A DNA stretch of 64,000 nt from Takakia lepidozioides (lineage: Eukaryota > Plantae > Bryophyta). Below, piece after piece: positions 25,147 through 37,309 of this stretch (within the stretch, counting starts at the first letter, position 1; each line of letters opens with the position of its first letter). The stretch covers positions 57,474,001 to 57,538,000 of the forward strand of contig CM060731.1 of NCBI GenBank assembly GCA_030704615.1, in the 5' to 3' direction. Made by a program: the position numbers and the translations under genes. Under the pieces are notes generated by a model. That model was given only the letters and a program-made list of their open reading frames with translations. It was not told where the DNA came from and made no database searches.

Positions 25147-26085
25147 ATGACGGGCTGTGAGGGGCTGTGACAGAGGCCTTTGGGGCTTGAGGGGCTGTGG
25201 GCCGTGCCTGAGGCCTTTGGGGCTGTGAGGGGCTGTGGCGAGCTGTGACGGGCTGTGACAGCTGTGGCTTGTGCGGCCTGTGGGGCTGTGACCCTGTGAC
25301 CTGTGTAGGGCTGTGACAGGCTGTGGCATGTGAGCTGTGTGGGCCTGTACTGGTCTGTGGTGGCCCGTGTTGACCTGTGGACGGCCTGTGCTGACTCGTG
25401 GAGGCACTGGTGGACTGCCTAAGGACTGTATGTGGTCTGAAGGCCGAATTTTGAAGCTCGTGGAGGGCGGTTTGAGGAGTATCTTCATGATATTCCCATG
25501 GTCATGCAAGTGAGGGAGAGAGGAGAGGAAGAGTGTTGGGATGAGGGCATGCTGGGGTTAGGCATTGCTTTAGCTTCTCTTCCTCGTAGTTTCCACCCTC
25601 TCATTAGGCCAAGACCTTTCCGTAGGTGGAGGCAAGAGTCAGTCCGGGTTTGGGCTGGGGTGTCCTTGCAGGAGCAACACCGTGGAGTTGTTTTTGGTGT
25701 GGGGGAGTTGTCTGATTTCTTGTGTTTGGATCCCCTCCATACCTGCATGCTTGACTGTGCGCCATGCTAGTTTTGTGTGGGCGCTTGTTTTTATAGGTGA
25801 TTGGTCCGGATTTGATCACCGGCCAGTCCTAGAGCATGCTGTCGATGGTGAGGCTGGGGTGATGACCAGCCAGACCATCATTGTTTCTCCTGTGGTGAGG
25901 TTGGAGGTGATGACAAGCCAACCATAGGAGTGCTTGCGGTGGATGCAGGTACAGGTGTAGGCTATGTTAGGAACTTAGTATTCCAAACCATAAGCCGCAA
26001 CAGGTTCTCTACCCGGTTACCTTGTGGAGAGGGGGTTAGGGACATGTTCATGACCGGTTGAGTGTCAACACGGAGGTGCCACTAG

Positions 26086-27630
26086 TTGCTGGGGACAGTG
26101 CCGGTTCGAGCACTAGCGATACTAGTGGGTACACGAGACGAGGTGTGCGGTTTAGGCCACCTTCACCTCCTGTGTCTTCTACGGAAGGTTCTGATTCGGA
26201 TTGTGAATCAGGAGGACTCATACCGGCGGTGCAAGTTGTTTCTTTGCCATTGTTGTGGGACACAATGGAGGAGATGTATGGAGCTACCAAGGGCGGTGGG
26301 CACCATCGAGTTGGATGATTTTATCCAAGAGTTTGATAGTTGGTGTGATTTGCAGCAAATGCGCAATCCACAACTATTTACGCCTTTCATGGCATGGAAG
26401 GGGCTGTTTCAGCACCTTGAGGGGCCGCCTATGGATGATTACCATGAGTTCAGGCGGGGGCATGAGGTTGAGATCGAGGAGTGGAGGATGTACTGGTCAC
26501 CCGACTATGTCTCCATCACTAGGGGCACTAGAGCCACGAGGGCAGTGGCTACACCTGCCGCTGCACCGGCAGCTTCAGCAAGTAGCAGTGGGACTAGTGG
26601 GACTGGTGGTACAGTAGCTACGACGTCCACCCAAGCCACTACCGCACCAGCACTAGCACCCGTGCCTGCCTTCAACCCTGTTGTGGAGTTCTTCGAAGAG
26701 TTGAGAGGGAACTACCAAGGGGTGAGGACAGAGAAGTTGCGGAGCTTGCAAGAGTTCCAACGGAAGCCGACCGAGAGCTTGAGGGAGGCTTTCACTCGCA
26801 TGAGGCGCTTGATAAATGTAACCCAAGGGGTTACGGAAGCTCAGGCAGTCCAATTCTGGTATGGGATATTGGACAAGGAGCTGAGGAGAAGGGTGCGGGA
26901 TGCAACTCTCCTACAAGCGGCCCAACCCACCTTAGCAAATGTGTTTTTGCTGGCAGAGCGGATAGAGCTCAACATGGTGGAGGAACGAGTGGTCATGGTG
27001 GGATTTGCTAAGGAGACACCACGGGGTAGTGGTGCTCCTAGCCAACCACTACCTCAACGTGCTCAAGGCAACAAGGGGCTCAGGTGAAGCTCAGGGAAGG
27101 CAGAGAGGACCTCAGATGCAGGGGTCTCTCCCTTCATTTGCTGGCCAACAACGGGCGGATGTGGTGCTGGACATGTGGAGGACCCCATGTCAAGAAGGAT
27201 TGCCCAGAGGGAGGCAAAGGGCGGCACATGCACAGCCTGCACAGTTGCAGTGTGGGCATTGTGGCAAGCACGGGCATGGAGAGGCCCAGTGTTATGGTTT
27301 GCATCCTGAGTTGCGCCCAGGCCAGTTCCAAGGGAACAATGGTGGCCGGGGGCGAGGTGGAGCAGCCCAGAGAGGACGAGGTGGCCAGCCACGAGGTGCA
27401 GGCCAAGGGCAAGCTCAACATGGCCAAGGACGCGGAGGTCAGGGTGTTGACCAAGGCATGGCCAACCGGCTTCAGCAGCTAGAGCAGAGGCTCGCTGCCA
27501 TGGCTACAGCTCAGGTGGTACCGGCTCTAAGGCCGGATGGTCCACCTCCTGCTCCTGAGGGAGGAGATATGGGAGGCATGGGATTCATGTGTGGAGCAGC
27601 ACTACCACTAGTGCAGGGAGTCTGCTGCAG
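26086..27630 (+). pseudogene. gag: gag of element C (Gag domain, two CCHC knuckles, RG-rich tract), frameshifted
   Basis: LQEFQRKPTESLREAFTRM; CWTCGGPHVKKDC; CGHCGKHGHGEAQC. Confidence 0.82.
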
Positions 27631-28169
27631 CCGTGACTCGAGGAGCAGCACGAGTTCCTGAGCCACGAGGTGCAGAGGTGGAGTTGGATCCACAGCGTGG
27701 GGAGGCAAGCCGTCAGGCTAGGCTTCCTCAGTCATTCACATTGGCGGAGACAGTGTCGACGCCATCCATGGCACCTAGTTCTCGCCCGACTGTTACCGAG
27801 GCGGAGGTTACTATGCCATTGGGGAGAGCTACACGGGTAGCACCACTACCTAGTGTTGCCAAGGCTACGGCAGCTAGTGTGCTGCTAGGAGCGGCCACAT
27901 CTGTGTGCCAGGCTCCATTGTTCTCGGCTACCATGATTGCGACGCCGGGGGTAAGACCAGCTGAGGTGTTCAGGCTGGCAGCTACACTCTGTGAGAGTGG
28001 GGGTTACTTCATCTTCTGCGGAGATAGTGGGAGTGTAGTGCCGGAGGGATCCTCGGATTTGAGGGTCAAGACTGCCACGGCGGCGCCATGGCAAGCTGCA
28101 GCTGCCAGGTTGATGGAGCTGCCAGCTAGGCCAGCCATTGAGCGCGCCATGGTGACACCTGGAGTTGTC

Positions 28170-28560
28170 ATGTTAGACAACCAGGATGGCATTTTCTGTT
28201 TGAGTGGACCGGCAGGCAAGAGGTACCGGCCACTGCGGGTCTTGTTGGACTCGGGAGCTCAGCCATTGATGCTGGGCAGAGCTGCTATTGCAGGCTTGGG
28301 CCTCACGGAGGCGGATATGGAGCCTTGTCCTTTCCAGATACAGACGTCTCTGGGAGGATCGGAGCAGGCTCGGGGCATGACACGGCGTGAGTTGGCTATC
28401 AGACTACGGCCGGATCACCCTACAGATGGCTCAGTGATGCGAGCCAAGGCCATTGTGACAGACGCGGTCTCATACGATGTCCTGGTTGGTGGGGCAGTGT
28501 TGTACCCCATGGGCTTCACCCTGGATTTTTGGGAGGAGTCAGCTTCCTATAGGCCTGCAT
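28170..28560 (+). CDS. Retropepsin aspartic protease domain
   Basis: RVLLDSGAQ ... SYDVLVGG in ORF 27633-29216. Confidence 0.82.
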
Positions 28561-28960
28561 GGCAGTCAGGGGAGGGCCGGCGTGTGCAGCTCCCTGTGAC
28601 GTTCATAGGAGGAGTTGCGGTTGCCCAGCGAGGCAAGATGCCGACACTAGCAGCATTCACAGCGGCAGTGAGTTGGCCTAGAGAGTTGCTTGAGGGCAAC
28701 GCTCATTCAGAGGATGTGCCACCTCCGGGAGAGCAGGATGACATGTATGGTATGGCGGAGTTGCCTACCATGGTTGCTCAGACTCCATTGTGGGGCACGA
28801 GCAAGGATTTGCAGCGGATGCTGATCGACGGGTGCAACAAGCCTGGGTGGAGGCTTTTGTACCGTCAGGAGAGGAGGAGAGTGTGGGGATTGCACCAGGA
28901 CCACCTCAGTTGTCTCCATTGGACACCACACCTATTGTGTGGCAGTATCCGGATGAAGGC

Positions 28961-29900
28961 ATTTGTCTTCTGGACTTGTTTGGCGGGATCAGCACCGGAT
29001 TGGCTGCTGTGTTACAGGCAGGTGTACGAGTTCGGCGTTACCTGTATGTGGAGAGGGATGAGACTGCACGACGCGTTTCACTTCGCCATGTTGCTCAGTT
29101 GGTGCAGCGGTACCCTGAGTTGTGTCGGTGTCTGCAATTCGTGGATATCAGCAGGCCTTGCCAGCAGACATTTCGTTGCTGGGGGCGCAGGATTTGGAGC
29201 GGGTTGGCTCCATTGATCTGGTAGTGGCAGGTTGGCCCTGCCAAGGGCATTCATCAGCCGGGCATGGCAATGGATTGCGAGACTCGAGGTCGGGTCTGTT
29301 TTGGGAGATGGTGCGGGTTTTGCGCCACTTGCAGCTTCATCAAGCTGTATCTCCAGCATACATCTTGGAGAATGTGCCACTGATGGGCGATTCTCGGGCC
29401 AGGGTGATGGCCAGTGTGCATCAAGTCCGGTCGTGGCTTGGGTCAGCAGTGTTGCTAGATGCAGCTACAGTGGGGTCACGGCTCATCGTCCACGGCTATG
29501 GTGGACTAACTTGATGCCACCCGCACTGCTCAAGCGTGCATTTGATGGGGTGCAGCGGCCAGCACATCTCACAGTGGATAGCATTCTGGACACAGGGAGG
29601 CAGTCTCAGCGTGTGAGACACGATGACCGTTCGCCTTTGGCAGTGGTCAACAAGGTGGGTCAACCACGAGCAGCATTACCTACACTGCTCAGCTTCCCAG
29701 GATCGCATGCTTTCCGGGATAGTGGACCTGGCCTCCTGTGGGATGCTCAGTTGCAGCAGTTAGTGGAGCCTAATGCTGACGAGCGTGAGCGGGCAATGGG
29801 TTTTACCACTGGTACCACGGCGGTGTCGTCTCTTTCTGAGGCATCACGTCGTCAAGTGTTGGGGCAAGCAATGGATCTCAATTGCTTGACCTGGATTATC
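28961..29900 (+). pseudogene. C5 cytosine DNA methyltransferase domain (DNMT3-like) within the polyprotein; 2-3 frameshifts
   Basis: Motif I LLDLFGGISTG, II YVERD, IV DLVVAGWPCQG (catalytic PC), RSGLF, VI ILENV, VIII DAATVGS.AHRPRLWWTNL, IX ERERAMGF, X RRQVLGQAM, all in canonical order. Confidence 0.92.
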
Positions 29901-30299
29901 AGCTTGGCTCTGGCTGAGCAACGCAGAGTGCGGAGTACACTTCCCTCATGGTCTCTCTGCCTACCGAGACGGTACAGGCAGTGAGTGGGGGCGAGCATGT
30001 GAGGACCACGGGGTGCATGCATCCATGGCACACGTGGGAGGTGCTCGAGGTTCAGAGGGAGTTGGCAGCCAAGGCGGCTGTGATGGATGAGGTTGGGGAT
30101 TCTTCTCGGTTGAGGAGGTCCTCAAGGATGAGATGATGGGGCAGGATGAGGCCTTGTCATTGACTGAGCAGGCAGGGAGTACTGCTCAAGAGGTTGCAAC
30201 ATAGCAACCACTGGACGCGTCCTCTACCTCTAAGCCCACTGGACTTAAGGTTGCAGTTACGGAGGACAATTGGGAGCCTGACATTGGACCCATTGTCAC

Positions 30300-31620
30300 C
30301 GGAGGAGAGAGACGACGTATACGGCGGTTCCTGAGGGCTTACAGGAATTGCTTTGCCTTCAGTTTGAAGGACTTGGGAGCACTGAAGGGTCAAGAGATCC
30401 GTATTGAGTTGGCCACTGACACGCCAATCTTTCGGAGACCCTATAGATACAGTGACATGGAGAGGTCTTTGATTCAGATGAGGACTCAAGATCTCTGGTT
30501 GACGTATGTGCGGTGATTACCGGCCTGTAAATCGTCAGACCAAGTCCGATAAGTATGCCATGCCAACACCAGAGGAGATCTTTGATGCCATCGGGCATGC
30601 TAAGGCCTTTAGCACTTTGGATTTACGATCCGGATATCACCAGTTGCCAATCAAGGAGGCGGACAAGCAGAAGACGGCATTCTGGGGGATCAATGAGCAC
30701 GGCAAGGATTGCCTATATCAGTGGCGGTTCTTACCATTTGGGCTTAAGAATGCTCCTGCAGAGTTTCAGAGAGTCATGGATAGGATTCTAGCAGGGGTGG
30801 ACTTTGCTCGGTGCTACATAGATGACATCATCATCTTTAGTGTTACGATGGAGGAGCATGAGAGACACCTTCAGGTGGTATTGGAGCGCTTGAGAGCGCA
30901 CGGATTGAAGTTGCATCCGGGGAAGTGCAAGTTTTTCCACAACCAGATTGAGTATCTGGGTCACATGATATATCCTGGAGGATTGGGGGTACAGCAGACT
31001 AAGGTAGAGGCATTGCACAAACCACGCCCCACGGATGTGAGCCGAGTTCGAGCTTTCATGGGGTTGGCAAACTATTATAGACGGTTTGTCAAGGGATTTA
31101 GTACCATTGCAAAGGCTCTAACCAAGCTGACCAAGGTGGACCAGGAGTGGCAGTGGGAAGATGAGCAGGAACGAGCTTTTCAAGAGCTCAAGGCGAGGTT
31201 GACCTCGGCGCCTATCCTGAGACGACCTATCAGGGGGCGTCCCTTTCAGCTGCATACGGATTGGAGCATGCTGGGGCTTGGAGCGGTGCTCACACAGGTG
31301 GATGATGAGGGAAGAGAGTTCGTAGTGGCTTATGCTAGCCGCTCGAACAACGCTGCAGAGGCTAAGTACAGCTCATATGAGGGAGAGTGCTTAGCTGCAG
31401 TGTGGGCCGTGGCACACTTCAGGTGCTATCTATACGGCAATCTTTTCACCCTTGTCACGGATCACCAGCCACTCAAGTGGTTGATGGAGTCAGACAAGCT
31501 TACGGGGAAGCTTGCACGGTGGGCACTCATACTCCAGGAGTATGACTTTCAGGTTGTGCATCGACCGGGTTTGGTCAATCGGGATGCGGATGGATTGAGT
31601 CGCAATCCATGCATGAGCCA
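30300..31620 (+). pseudogene. pol: RT and RNase H of element C (deletion in RT N-terminus at ~30495)
   Basis: [31 protein letters not shown]; LHTDWS, YSSYEGEC, TDHQPL, ADGLSR. Confidence 0.93.
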
Positions 31621-31949
31621 GCAGGATGACACTGGAGCTCGGTGGCATGGTGAGACGGACGAGGAGATGGTGCCGGGATGGCACGCATCTGCATTTTTGT
31701 GTATCTTGGCATCGGGAGGTCAGGTTGGACCTACAACAGGGATGACTGTAGACGGAGTGTCTGAGGACCCTGAGGCTAGTGATGAGCCAGGTGGTGCCAG
31801 AGATATACATGAGGATTCGGCTGTGTTGGACTACCTCCGCACGGGAGACACGGCAGCCATTGTGACTGCCAGGAGAGGGATCGGATCCTGCAACGAGCCA
31901 AGAGGTTCAAGTGGGAGGGGATACACCTACTTCGAGTGTGGGAGGATGG

Positions 31950-33244
31950 TCGGGTGAGGATTGTGCCTCACCCCACACAGCGTGCACGGTTAGTGCGGCA
32001 TGCCCATGAGGAGTTGGGGCATTTTGGAGTGCGACGCACTCAGTTTACTGCAGGGGCAGTATTGGTGGCGTGGTATGCATACAGAGGTGCAACAGTTCGT
32101 GGCTAGGTGCATGGTGTGTGACAGGGTGCGTGCTTCATTCAACGCCCCTACACCACAGTTGCATCCTTTACCAATCATGGGATTGGGCTACAGGTGGAGT
32201 CTTGACTTCGCAGGACCGTTGCCACTGACTATGCGCCACCACAGATATGTGTTGGTGATGGTGGAGCACTTCTCCAAGTGGATTGAGTTGGTTCCATTGC
32301 CTGACAAGGCTAGTGAGGGGGCTGCGTATGCATTCTTGGATCGTGTGCTTAGCCGATTTGGTGCTCCAGCTGAGGTACTCACGGACCAAGGGAGAGAGTT
32401 TCTTGGGGGAGTTTCAGGCTTTGTGTGATAAAGCCTTGATAGACCACCGCACCACTTCTCGGATCATCCTGAGGCCGATGGCTTAGCAGAGAGAGTTGTT
32501 CAGACGGTGAAGAGGGGTTTGCGCAAGTATGGCTTGCAGAAGGGACACCTAGGAGATTGGGATCTTCAGGTTCCTTGGTTAGCCATGGGCTACAGGTTCA
32601 GCAAACAAGCATCACTTGCCTCCTTCTCACCATATTTCCTTCTCTTTGGCCGAGAGCCGGATTTGCCTGCAGCCATTCGTAGGGACACTGCTCAAGTCCT
32701 TAACCTTGACGATCCGGACGTGTGGGTACGTGCATGTGATCAGCGTGCAGAGTTGTTCAAGAAAGTCATGCCCATGGCTTTTGAGAACCTTGCCATTGCA
32801 CAACACCGTGATACGTTGAGGTATGCCACTATACGTGGTGGAGGATATCGTCCTGGGGTTCGGAGGTTTAGCCCTGGTGACTATGTTTATTTGCAGCAGA
32901 CTGCTCCTACGACTCTGGATGTTACTGCAGGGCGTGTTATTCTGAGGGTTCGAGAGGTGTTGCCCTCAGGGGTCCTGATCTTGGAGGGTCGGGATGGCAT
33001 GACTTGGAAGGACCATGTGCGTAATTGTGCGCCATGTCACCTTCCCAATGTCGATGGCAGAGTTGACCCAAACTTGGCAGTGGTACCTGCAGGTTTGAGG
33101 TGCATGCTCTGTGGGTCTGCCAAAGGGGCAGCCACCATGCTGGTGTGTGATCGATGCTCAAGGGGTTGGCATATGGGATGCTTGACACCACCTCTTGAGA
33201 AGGTTCCTGACGGAGATTGGTTGTGTCCACACTGCTTGGGATAG
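31950..33244 (+). pseudogene. Integrase with C-terminal PHD finger (33101-33235)
   Basis: H..LGH..YWW..CMVC, WSLDFAGP, TDQGREF; CMLC..LVCDRC..WHMGCLTPPLEKVPDGDWLCPHC (C4HC3). Confidence 0.9.
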
Positions 33245-33504
33245 TGGCAGTGGACATGACTGGAGGCAGCTAACAAGACATGGGAGGCCAAGCTCATAGG
33301 AGTCAATACATGAGATCCCAAGCTCAAGTTCACAGGTTGCAAGACGGCGACTAACGATGGGGCAACTCTTGCACCCGGCCTCTTGATCTATCGAGTTTGA
33401 GTGTAGTAGGGATAGTGGTGGAGGACTTAGTGAGGCTATGGTCACTATCACATCTTGTGGCTACCTGGACTTAGAGGGACCTAAGCACCAGCTAGGGGGG
33501 CGAT

Positions 33505-34012
33505 TGTGTGGACTAGTGACTGCCATAGTGGGCAGCATAGTGGCAGCCTAGTGACTGACTAGTTGTAGCCTAGTGGTTGGACTAGTGGTGGACTAGTGGT
33601 ACTATAGTAGTGTGTGGTGTGCACATGTGTTGTGTGGTTTTGGACAGCGATGTAGTTGTGTAGCGATATGTATGCGCACGACAGCTGTCAAGTTATTTTA
33701 CCACTAGTGTGAAACTAGCTAGGAAATAGCTAGCTTTTACATATTGACATTTGGGATTGGCCCAAGTGTCAATCCAGGGGTCAAGGCAGATTTAGGCCCT
33801 GGAGTGGTTATCTTCACGGCAAGCGCGGGAGGCTCATCTTTCTCTCGAGTTGAGCCTCACCGCGCCTAGCTATGGCGCCGTAGTGTGGATTCCCCATGGC
33901 GGGGTGCACTTGGCTTGACTTGTATTTGAGTGATGAGGTTATATATGCATGAGTTTATGCTTCAGCTTTGTGAGCTCGCATGAGCTTGTGCTTGTATTCT
34001 TCTTCTTTATCA
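33505..34012 (+). repeat. Complete LTR of element C = Q (33505-33683) + GC + P (33686-34012)
   Basis: Starts TG right after the PPT, ends CA; P repeated at 23863-24189, Q repeated at 34014-34187. Confidence 0.85.
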
Positions 34013-34013
34013 T

Positions 34014-34187
34014 TGTGTGGACTAGTGACTGCCATAGTGGGCAGCATAGTGGCAGCCTAGTGACTGACTAGTTGTAGCCTAGTGGTGGACTAGTGGTGGA
34101 CTAGTGGTATACTAGTGTGTGGTGTGCACATGTGTTGTGTGGTTTTGGACAGCGATGTAGTTGTGTACGATATGTATGCGCACGACA
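34014..34187 (+). repeat. Second copy of LTR segment Q (3' terminus of element C, ...GCACGACA)
   Basis: Direct repeat of 33505-33683; followed by CGGC. Confidence 0.9.
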
Positions 34188-34191
34188 CGGC

Positions 34192-36338
34192 ACGTGTGAC
34201 GCGCCAGGGCGTCTCACGGTTAACCAGCCCCATCGACAGCCGCAGCCGGAGGGCTTGTCTGCCCCCCGAGGCCAGTACCCCCCCTCTTGTCCACATCTTG
34301 GATGCGCTAGGGGCCGACTCAGCCAGCTCTCCTATTCGGGAGGTTGTTGCTAAGCCGGATGCTTAGTTGAGCACACCCCCGGCCACCAAGACGGGTGAAA
34401 TGTACCTTGGCAAGCACATCACCCGTTCGGGGCCCGGTATGGGCAACTTTTGGATGTCACCCCCATAGCAACCCCTTCCTCCGCAACAAAGGCTGCACTT
34501 GCCAAGGCCCAACGTCAGGTTCAAGGGCCTTTGAAAGCCTCTATTGCTAGCCCATTGTTGTCGATGAGGGAGGAGGAGACGAGGAGGGCCAATGAAGTGG
34601 CCGAGATAGCAAATCGCCTCGAAGAAGTCAAGTCGGGTGAGGGCTTCTACCCTGATACGCATTTGGGGGGGGGAGGCGGAGGTATGGGCCGGTTTGGAGC
34701 GGCCTACCCGATCAGCGACGCCGCCCCTTGAGCCTGAGCGGTCAGCAAAGAAGGGCCTGGACTACGGGCCGTCGCCGCCGGCTATGCTCCACATCTGGAA
34801 TCTACTTCCAGTGGCGCTCCGGGAGGGGATAGAGCGGGCACATCCGGCAACGGGGACTCCTGCCACATCGGGTGAAACCGGGGGCGAGTCGGACAAGCTT
34901 GAAAAGGTACAACTGTCGCACCTTGTTTCCATGTTTATCCGTTCCTTTGCATGCATGATTTTTCTTTGTTGTTTGTTTCTTTTTTGAATTTGGAGGGGTT
35001 ATTTGTCTTCAGGAGCAACAACATGGCTGGCCTCATTGGTGCAGTCCAGTGGGGTTGCCAATGAGGGAGAGCACGTGGTGTTCATGAAGGACCCAAACAC
35101 CAAAGGTAAGAAGAAGAGGCCTCGACCTCCCGAGATCCCTTTTACCATCAATGAAGGGGCTGCCGAGGAGAGAGAGAGAAGGGAGAGGGAGAAGGAGAGA
35201 GAGGAAGTAGTGGGGAAGGGGAAGGAAAAGAAGAAGAAGAAGAAGAAGAAGTCCCATGGAGAGGAAGGGGTGAGTGTGCATGCGGGGAGGGCAGTGGGGT
35301 AACAAAGGAGCAGGGGAAGGAGGCTACAAAGAAGGGAGAGGGTGGGAAGAAGAACATGCCCTTGGCAATACAGGACGTGGAGTTGGCAAAGATTGTCGTG
35401 CCACCGGTGGAGGTGAATCGCCATGGTGAACCCTGCGGTGCGTTCTGGGAGGCTATGAAGAAGTCAGCCTTCGAACTCGCAATGAGGTGGTTCCCTTTGA
35501 ACATCGAGTGGGCTGATTAGCACTTTGGCGCAAAGCGGGCATATGCCCGTGAGTTAGACCGCCGGTTTCCGGGGAGTGACACAAGGGTGATGGAGATGGT
35601 GGGGCGAAACTTGAAGGACAGGAGGTACCGTGCCAGACAGATCATTCGGAGGGCAATGGAAAAGGGGGCCATACCCAAACCACCTTATGGAATTACACAG
35701 GTTGGCAAATCCTGAATCATGTCACCTTCCATTTGTCGCATGTGCATTAATGAGGTGGATTCGATGCAACGTATGTGTGTAATTCACTAATTGTTGGGGG
35801 GGGGGGGAGGCGCATAGGTATCGTGGGATGCACTCATTGCGGAAGAGATTGATGCCTCAAACAAGGCCAAATTTGACCGGGCACGCAAAGCAACAACAGT
35901 CCGCCTTGACAAGCACGAATCCACATACAAGTGGGGCGCCGGATCCAAGGGTTTTATCTTGCGATTTGTAAGTCGTACTTCCCTATGGATTTTGTTATGT
36001 TTTCTTTTTGGCTCCATCATCGCGAAGAACTGACTTTAATTTGTGGCATGTGTGTAGCAACGCGCGTTTGAGAGGAAGCCATCTCCGGTAGAGTACAACT
36101 ACGCCAAGGAGCATGGTTGGCAATCCCTCATGAAGAACATGGCCAACACTGAGGAGATGAGTGCACTACAGGGCACTAGTATGGATGAGGTCGGGGTCAT
36201 GGCCAGGGATTGGATGAGAGCTCTGTGGGACCTAGGGGAATGCCGCCTCATTTAGGTGCTCTGGCAAAGGGCGCAGAGTCATCAGGCTCATCGGATAGCT
36301 CTGAGTCCTCCACTGAGGATGGGGATGAGGATGACTAG
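34192..36338 (+). pseudogene. CACTA second ORF (TnpA/Transposase_24-like), spliced; first codons displaced to 24190-24254 (-)
   Basis: GT-AG introns ~34908-35012, ~35701-35817, ~35968-36057; basic/acidic tracts; KFDRARK..YKWGAGSKGF; lies just inside the right subterminal repeats. Confidence 0.6.
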
Positions 36339-36619
36339 TCCTAGTCCATGTAGGTCCCAGGGTCAGCCTATTGAACCCTTGTGAGCTTTTCAGCTCATTT
36401 CCTGTAAATATATTTTTATCTTTCCATTTTCCATCTTATTCATGTGTCGCACCGTCCTCACCCTTGATTCATGCTTGCTCAATTGTGTACCTGCTAAATC
36501 AGAGAAATGGAACTGTAAGGTCTCCCATCCCCAAGAACAAAACCAGGCAAAAAATGAAAACACCCCCAATTCACCCCCAAAATGAACCCCCAACCCCCAA
36601 CCCCCACCAGGCTGCCCTC

Positions 36620-37309
36620 GTGACTGCAGGACGTCGCCAATGGCGACGTGCTTTTTGGCGGGGGTCGCAAACCACGACGGTCGGGGCGTCGCAAAACCCA
36701 TTTGCGGGTGGCAACGCCCGACACCCCCTGCGATGTGTTTTTTGGTCCGGGGTCGCAAGCCGCGACGCCCTAGCGTCGCGAAGCCCGCCACCTTGCCTGC
36801 GCCACGTCTTTTTTTATATATTAAATATAAAAAAGAACGACGCCAGAGCGTCGCGAAAACCCACGCCCGGGCGTGGCGGAGCCCGACTCCTGCTCCTGTA
36901 GTTTTTTTTTGCCACGCCCAATAGTCGTTTGGCGTACCACCCGGCTTACGCCACGTGTTTTTTGGGTTTTAGGATGGGACTCCCGAGCAGGTTAGAAAAA
37001 AAAAGGGATGCGACGCCGCGCCGGCGCCCCCACCAACGCCGTCGGCTGGAGGGCCGCGACGGCGAGACGTCGCTCGAAAGAGGCCCCTGCCATCAGCGCG
37101 GACAGCCTGAAAAGCGACGTCCGGCAGTCGTGGGAGTTGGGCGGGGGCTCGCGACCCCCATACGTAGCATTTTTGCGACGTCATTTTGGCGACGCCCATG
37201 CGATTGCCGGGCGTCGCAAATTCTACGCCTGCCCCCTGCCCGAAATGGGCGTTTTCCCGACGCTGCGGCGTGGCTCGGGCGTCGCAAAGGCCCCCCTTTT
37301 CCTGTAGTG
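36620..37309 (-). repeat. CACTA right subterminal repeats and TIR
   Basis: GCGACG/CGTCGC motif clusters ending in ...CCTGTAGTG. Confidence 0.88.

Larger units (their letters stand above)
25147..34187 (+). mobile_element. Ty3/Gypsy element C encoding a C5 DNA methyltransferase and a PHD finger (main body and 3' end)
   Basis: gag, PR, MTase, RT, RH, INT, PHD; PPT AGGGGGGCGAT at 33494-33504; LTR-type repeats; TSD CGGC at 34188-34191. Confidence 0.92.
8055..37309. mobile_element. CACTA (En/Spm) DNA transposon with nested insertions
   Basis: TIRs CACTACAGCAAATGGGGGGCGTTTGCGACGCC (8055-8086) vs revcomp of 37278-37309 (29/32 identical); 3-bp TSD TGG at 8052-8054 and 37310-37312; transposase fragments inside. 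Confidence 0.95.

Noticed and set aside
28961-29900. Bacterial restriction-modification gene or contamination
   Set aside because: The domain is collinear within a eukaryotic retrotransposon polyprotein, with no cognate nuclease or operon context.
33505-34187. Q-P-Q as an independent TRIM with 180-bp LTRs
   Set aside because: No PBS/PPT inside, no TSD around it, and P also forms the element's TSD-flanked 5' end.
25147-34187. Element C as a DIRS/Ngaro element because of split repeats and a methyltransferase
   Set aside because: It has an aspartic protease, a DDE integrase, a PPT and a TSD; no tyrosine recombinase; the MTase is C5-type, not the DAM-like domain of DIRS.
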